From the IMG/VR virus record IMGVR_UViG_3300030330_000585, positions 1-34,768 of that record: a stretch of 34,768 bases of DNA, one strand, 5' to 3'. The translations under genes were made by a program, and so were the position numbers. The DNA is from a virus. Taxonomy: Duplodnaviria; Caudoviricetes. The notes under the pieces were generated by a model that had not been told where the DNA came from, did no database searches, and saw only the letters and a program-made list of their open reading frames with translations. This document shows, piece by piece, positions 26,240 through 34,768 of this stretch; the stretch's first letter is position 1, and every line of letters starts with the position of its first letter.

Positions 26240-29200
26240 ACGAAGAGTTAAAGCTACTAGTATCAAGACTTAGAGAGCAAGGTGTGCCTCAAGAGAAGAT
26301 CAACTTGCTAATCAACAAGTATATGTCTAAACAAGAAGATTTAGACTTAAACATACCTGACGCTAATGTTATACCTGTTAGTCAACGTGACTTAGACGAT
26401 GGTTTAAAGCCTGAGTCATATGTTAACTCTACTGCTTGGAGTTCATCAGGTTTAGATAGATCTATATACTATGATGAGCAAGGAAACTTACTTACGGTAA
26501 ATGCTGCCGGTGTTCCGTTTGATCCACTTACAGACGTTGGTTATTCTTTAGCATTAAAGGACGAAGAAAGAAGAGAAGAGTTGATAAGAGAGTCAGAAGC
26601 TCCAGAGATTACAACTACTGAAGGTTTATTTACTGTTACAGATAAAGATCAAGAGAACGCTGTTAACGCAGCTAACGCTACTTACGACAGCTATGAAGCT
26701 CTAGACCAGCCATACGACAGCTCTAATCTACGTTACGAAACAACTAATTATATAGGTGCTGAAGGTGCTAGTACAGAAACCGTAAGAATATCAACTTTAG
26801 CAGACGGAGAAACTCAGGTTAGAGATGTAATGGATCCTAGTCAACGTCTTTACTATGAAGGCTTAGACGTTGTAATACCTGGCGAAACTCCTCGACAAAG
26901 AGAAGCTAGATTTATGAGTATCTGGCTAAGTCAAGGCGAAGCAATGGTAAGAAATCCTAACTTACCTAGACCTCAAGCCTTTTCAAGCTCAGCTTCCGAA
27001 TTAACTTTTACCGCAGAACAATATGCTCAATGGAGACTTGGTTTAGCTAGAGATCCTAACAACGATTTATACGATCCGTATTTAGCTAGCAATGTTTATG
27101 ACAAGTTTGAAGAAGGTACTGATTTAAACAAATTATACCAAGTAGAAAAAACTTTACTAGCTATACAAAGGTTAGAAAAAGAAACCGGCGAAAAAATAAA
27201 CTTTACTCTAGGCGAAGATAAAGTAAGTGATTTTCCTGGTTTACAAGAGACAATTGACAACATATCTAACGATGATCCAGAGTTAAAAGATATGATTGTT
27301 AAAAGTGAATCTAGAATTAATAGAAGCAATCAGATCAGCCAGCAAGCTCTAGAATTAGCTGAGCAACAGATTGAAGAAGAGAAAGATTTTCCTTCAAAAC
27401 CAGGTATAGCAAACTATTTTTTTGAATCTCCTGAAGCTCAAGAAGAAGCCGCTAAGCAAGCTGAACAAGATTTAGATTTTCTTGAAGCAGACATCAAAAA
27501 AAAGTCTTTACAATACAACGCTATATCAGAGCAATATGCAGACGTTAACAGTCGATTAACAGATGTAAATAAAGAGCTTCAAAAAGAAGAATATAAAGAT
27601 CCTAAAGCTCATATAGAGAAAATAAAAGCCAAATACGATTTAACAACGCGAGAAGGTGTTGAAGCAGCTAATAAAGAAATACAAGAGTTTATTGGTAAGT
27701 ACTCTAATTTAATCGAAGAGTATAATACTCTAAGACCTGCGGTTCAAGACACAGCTAATGCTTTAATAAGATTAGAGCAAGAAATTAGCGATCTTGGAGT
27801 TAGAGAACAAGATTTAAACGCGTTTACAACTACAATTAGTAAAAACCATAGAACGGCTACTAAAATTGCTTTAGCTTTTGCTAACGAAACAGTTGATCTA
27901 GTTCAAAGCGCCGCTGAGTTTGTTTATATGGTAAATCCTTTAGGAGCTCTAGCTGATGAGTTAGTAGATTACGCGGGTGAAGATTCTTTGATTGGTACTA
28001 TTGTTGAAGTAGCAAGATACGCTACAGCTATACCTACTGGCGGAATAACTTTATACTCTGGAGAACGAAGAGAAGATGTAACTCAAGCTATTGACGGATA
28101 TCAGCAAAACGTAAGCTCGATGGTTGGCGAAGCTGTTCGCTTTGATGATATTGAAGGCGTTGGAGATGCTATAGAGTGGGCTTTAGTAACTGGTGCAGGT
28201 CAAGTTACGCAGCTAGCTTTACTTGCCGCTACAGGTGGTACAGCTGGTTTAATAGTCATGGGTGCTACAGCTGCTGGTCAAAAGTTCTCAGCTATGGATC
28301 AGCAAAGAGATTTATACAGGCAAACTGGTGGCATGTACGGCCAAAACCATAATTTTGCTACTATGTATGCTAACTCTATTACTACAGGTAGTATAGAAGC
28401 TTTATCTGAAAGAGTAACTTTAGGGCTATTAAAAGGAACTGGTGGTGTTGTGTCTAATAGAGTATTTAAAAGCGTAGGTTCTAAAAAAGCGACTGATATG
28501 TTTAGGCGTCGCTTGTTTACAAAAGAAAACTTAAGGTACTCTACTAAGAAACTTATTGACATAGCTGAGGAAGGCGGTTCTGAAGCGTTAGCCACTATAG
28601 GTGGTAATTACATTGATAGGTTAAGCGGGGATAAAACTGTAAATATATTTGATGACGTAGCAGAGTCTTTCGTGACTGGTGCGTTGATAGGCTCTACTTT
28701 ATCAATGCCACACGTGTTTAAAGACGCATACAGTGCTTTCCAAAGTGTAGAAGCATCTCAAGCTATAGCACAAAACTTTGACAGAATACAGGCTAATCAC
28801 GATGTAATAAACGATCCTAAATCTTCTCAACAAGCTAAGGACGCAGCGTTAGCGGCAATTGAAGAATTAACTGCACAAAACGCAGAGTTTATAGCGTTAG
28901 ATTTAAAAAGAGTTGATTCTCTTTCAAACGCTCAAAAAAGAGAGCTGGTTGAGATAGAAAAATCTCAAAGAAACTTAGAAGTACGGTTTGCCGAGATTAA
29001 TGCATCTGATATGACGTTAGAGCAAAAGCAAAAAATAGCTAACGAAATGAACGCTGGCTATAACAGAAACCTTGCTCGTAAAAACGAAATACTAAAAAGC
29101 ATACCTACAGATGAAGTTCTTAAGAACCACGAAAACGAAATAAAGCGTATAGAAGAAGAGAGCGCTAGATTAGTTGCTGAAGGTGGCCCAGCTATCAATG

Positions 29201-32200
29201 TTACTAGAGCAAATGGCAAGAACGACGCAGATATTGCAGAGCAGTTTAAAACGTGGAAGAATAACGCTAAGAAAAAAGGCAATGTAAAAATTGCAGCTTC
29301 GGAAGACGGTACGCAGGTTTATGGTGCTATGGTGCCAATTTTAGATAATAGCGGAAATGTTATTAACTACGAGATGTTCTTCAATGATAAGAACATTTAT
29401 GAAGACGGTGTCACTACTACTGGATCACACGAGCTATTACACGCGGCGGTATTTAACACTATAAGGGCTAATCCTGCCTTAAGAAATAGATTTGGTGATG
29501 CTATAAATAGAATACTAGAAGGGCCTGGTGTAAAGATATCTAATAAAGCTCAAAAAAAGTTAGACCGCGTTAATCAGTATAGCAAAGAACAGAGAGGTGA
29601 AGAGCTATTTGCGATAGTATCTGAACTAATGGTGTCTGGTGATATAACCATCGATAGTGGTGCTGTGGGTAGGTTTAAAGACCTATTACGTAGAACTTCT
29701 ATGCAGACAACAGACACTGACATAGAATTTAATGATGATACTGACGTTAGAAACTTCTTAAAAGATTATTCAAGATCAAGAAAGAAAGGTCTTGCTGATA
29801 AACGTATAACAAGCTTGTTTACTAAATCAGCTAAAGGTAAGTTAGTTGAAACTGAGATTAGTAGAGAAGAAGCTAAAAGAGTTGTTGAAGGTAGATTTGA
29901 AGAGGCTTTGCAAGAAAGTTATATGAATACGCTGTCTGCTAGTATTAGATCTAATCCAGACCTACGTCAAGAGTTTGATCAATTTACTAAAAACGAAGAT
30001 GGAACTCCTAAGTACAAAACTCAACAAGAGTGGGAGAGCAGTCAAGACTACTTAGATGCATACAAAAAGATAGTAGAAACTAACCTTCTAGATGGCTTAA
30101 TTCAGACCAAGATGGTAGAGCGCGGATTGCCGCCTGCTGCTCTCAGAGATTTTACTAGAAAGGTTAAAGACAATATAAGTCTAAGATTCTTACCTTCAAT
30201 AGATAAGAAAACAGGTAGAGTAAAACCTGATTCTGGTTATAGGATTTCAAACGATAGTTTGTTTGGCTGGTTAACAGGTGTTGCTGGTGGAGCTGGTAAG
30301 TCTGTTATATACAGAGCTAAAGGTGATGTTATGAACGAGTATAAAGAAAGCGGTAATCTTGAAACTGTTTCTCTTGATGCTCCTATAGGTGAAACAACTA
30401 CGTATGAAGCTACTATAGAAGCTGAAACTGACGCGTTCATGCAGCAGCTTGAAGAAGCTGATTTAAGTAAGAATCGTGCAGAGCGTGAAGCTAGAAAGCC
30501 AAAGAGAGTTGTTAACGAGCTAAACATCGACAGTGACGGTAAAGCCGCCATAAACAAAACTGTAGCAGACGCGGCTATTGACATAGCTGGATTACAGTAT
30601 AAAGACGTTAAAAAGCTTGGTAACTCTGTCGACGCGCCGCTATATAAAACACTACAGGTTATATCAGAAAAGTTTGGCGTAAATCCTAAAAACGTTATAA
30701 AATCTGCTAACTTAAATACTAAGCAGCGTAAAGCAGCGCAGCAGTTTATTAACAAAAATGCAGAGTTTTTATTAGAAATGTTACCTGATGGTGAGACTAG
30801 AAGCGGAGAAGCTACTGGTGTACCTAGAGTATTGTTAAATAATTTCTACGAAAAAGGTGAGAGATTAAAGTATAAAGACGGAGCTACGGCTGCGGGTAAA
30901 TTTACACAGCAAAAGCGAACTGACATAACACTTGAGCAGTTTAAAGAAGCTTTCGGTATTAGACCAGACGGTACTTTAGATAATAACAGAAAATACGACG
31001 GCGCTATAAACGCTTTAATTAATCAAGCTACTATGTTAGCTAACAACCAAGCTTTACGTGAGAACGCTATGAAGAGAGGCACTGTGTCAGAAGCGGTAGT
31101 TGCTAAATTAGGTGAAGGTAAAGCTGAGGTAATGTTTAGTGTTAAGGTAAGAGACAAAGTTAAAAACACTTTTGATCAACTATACCCTGATCTAATAACA
31201 GCTGTAGCAGCATCTAACACTGGCGATATAGACTCTATAAGAGTAGCTGTTGAGAGTGTTTACGGTAAGGTACTTAGTACGTCTGAAATTAATAGGCTAG
31301 TAAATGAAATATACGATCAAGCCGACGAGTACAACACTATAAACCAAGACCTTAAAGGTGTTGGCGTAGACGTGCCTGTGAGCTTAGAGCAGTTTTTACA
31401 AGATAAATACGAAGGCAAGAACGTAGAAAAAGGAATATTAAAAGCTTTAGAGCCAAAATTACCAAAAGATGAAGATGGTAAAACAATTAGAATAGGTACT
31501 CATTTCTTAAATGTAGATAGAATAAATAATCAACGATCTGTGCCTGGTCTATTTGTTGATGGAGCTAGAGCACAACTAGACAAAAACGGAAATAGAATTT
31601 ATTCAGACAAGCAAATAGCTGAAATGCTTATAGCTCACGTCGCACCTATGTTTGCTGGCTCGGGTAGAATAGCTGATCGTAGATTTATTGTACAAGAAAC
31701 AAAGCCTAGTGGTGAAAGAGTTGTGGTTAAAGATCCCAATTGGAAACCAACTAGAATAAATAAAAAAGGCCAAGAGGTACCTCAGAAAAATAGAAAACAA
31801 GCTTGCGAAAGTATGCCTGATTTTATTGGTATACTTAACACCCTTGGTTTAGGAAATATAGAAAAGGTTGGAACAGGACCTAACTCGTATTACACACTAG
31901 ATGGGGTTGCTTTAGATACAACCTTAATACCTGAAACGTCAGAGGCTAGACTGTCAAGGTCTAAGACAGAAGAGGCAGAAGCTGAGCTATTTGAGCAAGG
32001 TAAAAAGCAGGCTGAAGACGCGAGGGTTGTTACAAAAATTATACTAGATTCTTTGTACGCTAAAGTTATCGATCCTAACAGTAGTTACGACCATGTTGAT
32101 TTCGCTATGACTTTAACCAGCCTTGGCTCTAGTATGCAAGCACCTATGAGACGAGCTGCTTTGTTTGAGTACTTCATGGAAGGTATTGAAGATGTAGTTG

Positions 32201-34768
32201 CTAATAGAGGTGACAAAAGTATCGGATCTGTCACTGAGTTTGAGCATTTAAAACCTCAAGAAGAAGCTATTGGAGAGATTATACACTCTTACTTAACTAC
32301 TGGTGAGCTTGATATGCGTATATTTGAAGGCGGTGGACCTTATAGACCATATAAGACTGGGGTTATTAGCAAGAGCATGGATGATGCGGTAACAGATGCT
32401 GGTCATAAGTTTACTTCACCAAGACTAGGAAGAGGTGACAGTAGACAATACTCGTTCGAAGCTATTCGTGATAATAGAATTAGACCTATTAGAAGTATTG
32501 ATCCAGCTAAAAAAGGCACTAATAAAGAGTTTGTTGGTAGAGAGTGGGTGCAAATGAATGACGCTATAGCTAGAGACGATGGTACTGTAATAAGAGATAT
32601 GAAGGTTCTAGGTGGTATATTTGGAAACATATCTTTTTCGAAGCGACCTGCTAAAAACAAAGGAGCTAGCGTACTTGATTTTGATGACACATTAGCTACA
32701 ACTAAATCTAACGTGTTGTTTACTGCGCCTGACGGAACCAAAGGTAAGCTAAACGCAGAAGAGTACGCTAGAGATTACGTTGAGCTGCTTGGTCAAGGCT
32801 ATGAGTTTGATTTTTCAGAGTTTAACAAGGTGGTTGAAGGAGCTCCAGGTCCGTATATGGATAGGGCTAAAAAACTAGCTAAAAAGTTTGGCACTGATAA
32901 CATATTTATATTGACTGCTCGCGCACCACAATCTCAAGAAGCTATATTTGAGTTTATGAAATCGCAGGGCTTAGAGATACCTATTGACAATATTATAGGT
33001 TTAGGTAACTCTACTGGTCAAGCTAAAGCTAATTGGATCGCGGAAAACTTAATAAAAGAAGGTTATAATGATATAGAGTTTGCAGATGACGCGTTGCAAA
33101 ACGTCGAAGCTGTTAAAAACATGTTTGAGCTTTTTGACGTTAAAAGTAAAGTACAACAAGCTAAAGCAGAGTTTAGTAGGCGTGCGCCTAAACAAATGAA
33201 TGACATCATTGATGAAGGTGCCGCAGACCTTGATTCAGACTTTAACATTATACTAGAAGAAACTCAAGGTGTAGCTAGATTCAAGAAGTTCTCTGCTGGT
33301 AAAGCTAGACAGCGTGGTAAAAATAAAGGTAGATTTAAGTTCTTCATACCACCATCAGCAGATGACTTCGCTGGTTTGCTATATAGTTTCATGGGTAAAG
33401 GAAAGCAAGGAGATAAGCACCATAAGTTTTTTAAAGTTAACTTATTTGATCCGTTTAGTAAAGGCATAAGGTTATTAAATAGAGCAAATCAAATAGCTGC
33501 TAATGATTTAAAAAACCTACGTAAAGCTTTTCCTGATGTACGTAACAAGCTTAAAAATAAACTACCAGGCTTAGAATATACTACTGAAGATGCTATAAGA
33601 GTATACAACTGGAACAGACAAGGGTTTGATGTACCGGGTTTAGCACAAACAGATTTAAATGCTATTGTAAAAGCTATTGAAGGTGATGCTAAATTAAAAG
33701 CATTTGCAGATGGAGTTAGCGTTGTTAACATAAACGAGCCAATAGCTCCTGATGACTCGTGGCTTGGCGGAACTATAGCATCTGATATCAATGAAGCTCT
33801 TGAAAACGCTAGATCAACTTACTTGCAAGAGTGGATAGATAATAAGAACGCTATATTCACTGAAGCTAATATGAATAAAATTGAAGCCGTATACGGTTCT
33901 AATTTTAGAGAAGCTTTAGAAGATGTGTTATTCCGTATGGAAAACGGTGGTAATAGATCTCAAGGTCAAGGTAGATTAATGAACAACTTTACTAATTGGA
34001 TACATGGTTCTATTGGTACTACGATGTTCTTTAACGCTAGATCAGCTATGCTGCAAATGATATCTAACGTTAACTTTATCAACTGGAGCGACAACAATAT
34101 GCTAGCGGCTGCTAAAGCGTTTGCTAATCAACCTCAATACTGGAAAGATGTAGCAATGATATTTAACTCTGACTTCTTAAAACAAAGAAGAGGTAGAATA
34201 CAGACTGATGTAAACGCTGCTGAGCTACTAGCTGAGATACGTGATTCTAAAAACCCAATGAAGAAAGCTACAGCTTACTTACTTCAATTAGGTTTTACAC
34301 CAACGCAAATTGCGGATAGCTTCGCTATTGCAACTGGTGGTGCTACGTTCTACAGAAACAGAGTTAATTCGTATATCAAAGAAGGTATGTCTAAGAAAGA
34401 CGCTGAAACAAAAGCGTTTGAAGATATGATGGAGATTGCTGAAGAAACTCAACAGTCTACAAGAGAAGATAGAATATCTCAACAGCAAGCTTCACCTCTC
34501 GGTAAGTTTATACTTGCTTTCCAAAACACACCTATGCAGTACAATCGTTTGATGAAAAAAGCTGCTCAGGATTTAGTTAACGGAAGAGGTAGTGCTACAG
34601 CCAATGTCTCTAAGATCGTTTATTACGGTGCTATACAGAATATGATATTCTACGGGCTTCAGCAGGCTTTATTTGCCGCGATGTTCGGTGACGACGAAGA
34701 AGATAAGATCGATGATAAGCAGAAAGGGCGTATGATCAATGGTATGCTTGATACTGTATTAAGAGGTT
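26236..34768 (+). CDS. Giant polyvalent (probable ejection/cargo) protein, at least 2844 aa, 3'-truncated
   Basis: ATG at 26236 overlaps the upstream TGA (MNEELKLLVSRLREQG...). The frame reads open in the segments I translated, and the ORF track lists no closed plus-strand ORF here, consistent with no stop before the window end. Contains HELLH, sigma-like blocks and HAD motifs I-IV. Confidence 0.92.
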   Translation, partial: MNEELKLLVSRLREQGVPQEKINLLINKYMSKQEDLDLNIPDANVIPVSQRDLDDGLKPESYVNSTAWSSSGLDRSIYYDEQGNLLTVNAAGVPFDPLTDVGYSLALKDEERREELIRESEAPEITTTEGLFTVTDKDQENAVNAANATYDSYEALDQPYDSSNLRYETTNYIGAEGASTETVRISTLADGETQVRDVMDPSQRLYYEGLDVVIPGETPRQREARFMSIWLSQGEAMVRNPNLPRPQAFSSSASELTFTAEQYAQWRLGLARDPNNDLYDPYLASNVYDKFEEGTDLNKLYQVEKTLLAIQRLEKETGEKINFTLGEDKVSDFPGLQETIDNISNDDPELKDMIVKSESRINRSNQISQQALELAEQQIEEEKDFPSKPGIANYFFESPEAQEEAAKQAEQDLDFLEADIKKKSLQYNAISEQYADVNSRLTDVNKELQKEEYKDPKAHIEKIKAKYDLTTREGVEAANKEIQEFIGKYSNLIEEYNTLRPAVQDTANALIRLEQEISDLGVREQDLNAFTTTISKNHRTATKIALAFANETVDLVQSAAEFVYMVNPLGALADELVDYAGEDSLIGTIVEVARYATAIPTGGITLYSGERREDVTQAIDGYQQNVSSMVGEAVRFDDIEGVGDAIEWALVTGAGQVTQLALLAATGGTAGLIVMGATAAGQKFSAMDQQRDLYRQTGGMYGQNHNFATMYANSITTGSIEALSERVTLGLLKGTGGVVSNRVFKSVGSKKATDMFRRRLFTKENLRYSTKKLIDIAEEGGSEALATIGGNYIDRLSGDKTVNIFDDVAESFVTGALIGSTLSMPHVFKDAYSAFQSVEASQAIAQNFDRIQANHDVINDPKSSQQAKDAALAAIEELTAQNAEFIALDLKRVDSLSNAQKRELVEIEKSQRNLEVRFAEINASDMTLEQKQKIANEMNAGYNRNLARKNEILKSIPTDEVLKNHENEIKRIEEESARLVAEGGPAINVTRANGKNDADIAEQFKTWKNNAKKKGNVKIAASEDGTQVYGAMVPILDNSGNVINYEMFFNDKNIYEDGVTTTGSHELLHAAVFNTIRANPALRNRFGDAINRILEGPGVKISNKAQKKLDRVNQYSKEQRGEELFAIVSELMVSGDITIDSGAVGRFKDLLRRTSMQTTDTDIEFNDDTDVRNFLKDYSRSRKKGLADKRITSLFTKSAKGKLVETEISREEAKRVVEGRFEEALQESYMNTLSASIRSNPDLRQEFDQFTKNEDGTPKYKTQQEWESSQDYLDAYKKIVETNLLDGLIQTKMVERGLPPAALRDFTRKVKDNISLRFLPSIDKKTGRVKPDSGYRISNDSLFGWLTGVAGGAGKSVIYRAKGDVMNEYKESGNLETVSLDAPIGETTTYEATIEAETDAFMQQLEEADLSKNRAEREARKPKRVVNELNIDSDGKAAINKTVADAAIDIAGLQYKDVKKLGNSVDAPLYKTLQVISEKFGVNPKNVIKSANLNTKQRKAAQQFINKNAEFLLEMLPDGETRSGEATGVPRVLLNNFYEKGERLKYKDGATAAGKFTQQKRTDITLEQFKEAFGIRPDGTLDNNRKYDGAINALINQATMLANNQALRENAMKRGTVSEAVVAKLGEGKAEVMFSVKVRDKVKNTFDQLYPDLITAVAASNTGDIDSIRVAVESVYGKVLSTSEINRLVNEIYDQADEYNTINQDLKGVGVDVPVSLEQFLQDKYEGKNVEKGILKALEPKLPKDEDGKTIRIGTHFLNVDRINNQRSVPGLFVDGARAQLDKNGNRIYSDKQIAEMLIAHVAPMFAGSGRIADRRFIVQETKPSGERVVVKDPNWKPTRINKKGQEVPQKNRKQACESMPDFIGILNTLGLGNIEKVGTGPNSYYTLDGVALDTTLIPETSEARLSRSKTEEAEAELFEQGKKQAEDARVVTKIILDSLYAKVIDPNSSYDHVDFAMTLTSLGSSMQAPMRRAALFEYFMEGIEDVVANRGDKSIGSVTEFEHLKPQEEAIGEIIHSYLTTGELDMRIFEGGGPYRPYKTGVISKSMDDAVTDAGHKFTSPRLGRGDSRQYSFEAIRDNRIRPIRSIDPAKKGTNKEFVGREWVQMNDAIARDDGTVIRDMKVLGGIFGNISFSKRPAKNKGASVLDFDDTLATTKSNVLFTAPDGTKGKLNAEEYARDYVELLGQGYEFDFSEFNKVVEGAPGPYMDRAKKLAKKFGTDNIFILTARAPQSQEAIFEFMKSQGLEIPIDNIIGLGNSTGQAKANWIAENLIKEGYNDIEFADDALQNVEAVKNMFELFDVKSKVQQAKAEFSRRAPKQMNDIIDEGAADLDSDFNIILEETQGVARFKKFSAGKARQRGKNKGRFKFFIPPSADDFAGLLYSFMGKGKQGDKHHKFFKVNLFDPFSKGIRLLNRANQIAANDLKNLRKAFPDVRNKLKNKLPGLEYTTEDAIRVYNWNRQGFDVPGLAQTDLNAIVKAIEGDAKLKAFADGVSVVNINEPIAPDDSWLGGTIASDINEALENARSTYLQEWIDNKNAIFTEANMNKIEAVYGSNFREALEDVLFRMENGGNRSQGQGRLMNNFTNWIHGSIGTTMFFNARSAMLQMISNVNFINWSDNNMLAAAKAFANQPQYWKDVAMIFNSDFLKQRRGRIQTDVNAAELLAEIRDSKNPMKKATAYLLQLGFTPTQIADSFAIATGGATFYRNRVNSYIKEGMSKKDAETKAFEDMMEIAEETQQSTREDRISQQQASPLGKFILAFQNTPMQYNRLMKKAAQDLVNGRGSATANVSKIVYYGAIQNMIFYGLQQALFAAMFGDDEEDKIDDKQKGRMINGMLDTVLRG
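29310..29660 (+). other. Zincin metallopeptidase (MPTase-like) domain within the giant ORF
   Basis: YGAMV...YEMFFN strands, HELLH at 29428-29442, EELFA at 29599-29613. Confidence 0.75.
30058..30700 (+). other. Sigma70-like module within the giant ORF
   Basis: AYKKIVETNL, MVERGLP, GYRISNDSLFGWL, VSLDAPIGE and TLQVISEKFGVNPKNV occur in sigma region order 2.1, 2.2, 2.3, 3.2, 4.2. Confidence 0.5.
32662..33140 (+). other. HAD-superfamily phosphatase domain within the giant ORF
   Basis: Motif I VLDFDDTL (DFDDT 32677-32691), motif II ILTAR (LTAR 32911-32922), motif III K (33025), motif IV FADD (33079-33090). Confidence 0.85.

Noticed and set aside
30274-30306. GVAGGAGKS resembling a Walker A P-loop
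   Set aside because: No preceding hydrophobic beta-strand or following Walker B; it lies inside the helical sigma-like segment and is more likely a Gly-rich loop.
33217-33243. GAADLDSDF resembles the DxDxD catalytic loop of two-barrel RNA polymerases (crAss virion RNAP)
   Set aside because: The context is helical (LDSDFNIILEE), directly after the HAD domain, with no double-psi barrel strands or upstream conserved Arg. The nearby DFDDT is explained as HAD motif I.
2154-34488. All minus-strand ORFs in the track, including 17624-18148 and 30237-30755
   Set aside because: They lie antisense to long, well-supported plus-strand genes and have the S/L/F-rich composition of shadow ORFs.
1-34768. 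Stop-codon reassignment as seen in some crAss-like phages
   Set aside because: Genes are full length under code 11 with dense packing; no fragmentation by TAG or TGA.

Overview
A 34.8-kb, entirely plus-strand late (morphogenesis) region of a tailed dsDNA phage. It is most likely a podovirus-type phage of a Bacteroidota/Flavobacteriia host: start codons have AT-rich leaders without a Shine-Dalgarno sequence, and the head/tail gene order is crAss-like. Gene order: 5'-truncated groEL, groES, a cluster of small genes (winged-helix-like protein, very basic protein, HExxH peptidase, GTA-type holin, a second tandem GroES-like protein), probable TerS, TerL, portal, scaffold-like protein, major capsid protein, probable adaptor/ring proteins, a 2658-aa tail stabilisation/muzzle-like protein, a cupin and two probable ejection proteins. 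The last gene is a giant ORF (26236 to beyond the window end, at least 2844 aa) that the ORF track missed because it has no stop in the window. My hand translation of that ORF shows a polyvalent, probably virion-ejected protein. It has a membrane-insertion hairpin, a zincin HELLH...EELFA protease, a sigma70-like module (regions 2, 3.2 and a possible 4.2 HTH), a possible His-Me (EHxxP) nuclease, a complete HAD phosphatase and a helical LPD38-like C-terminal region. This putative injected, possibly self-processing host-takeover polyprotein is the best candidate for an undescribed system. All calls are from motif recognition by eye; no searches were run.
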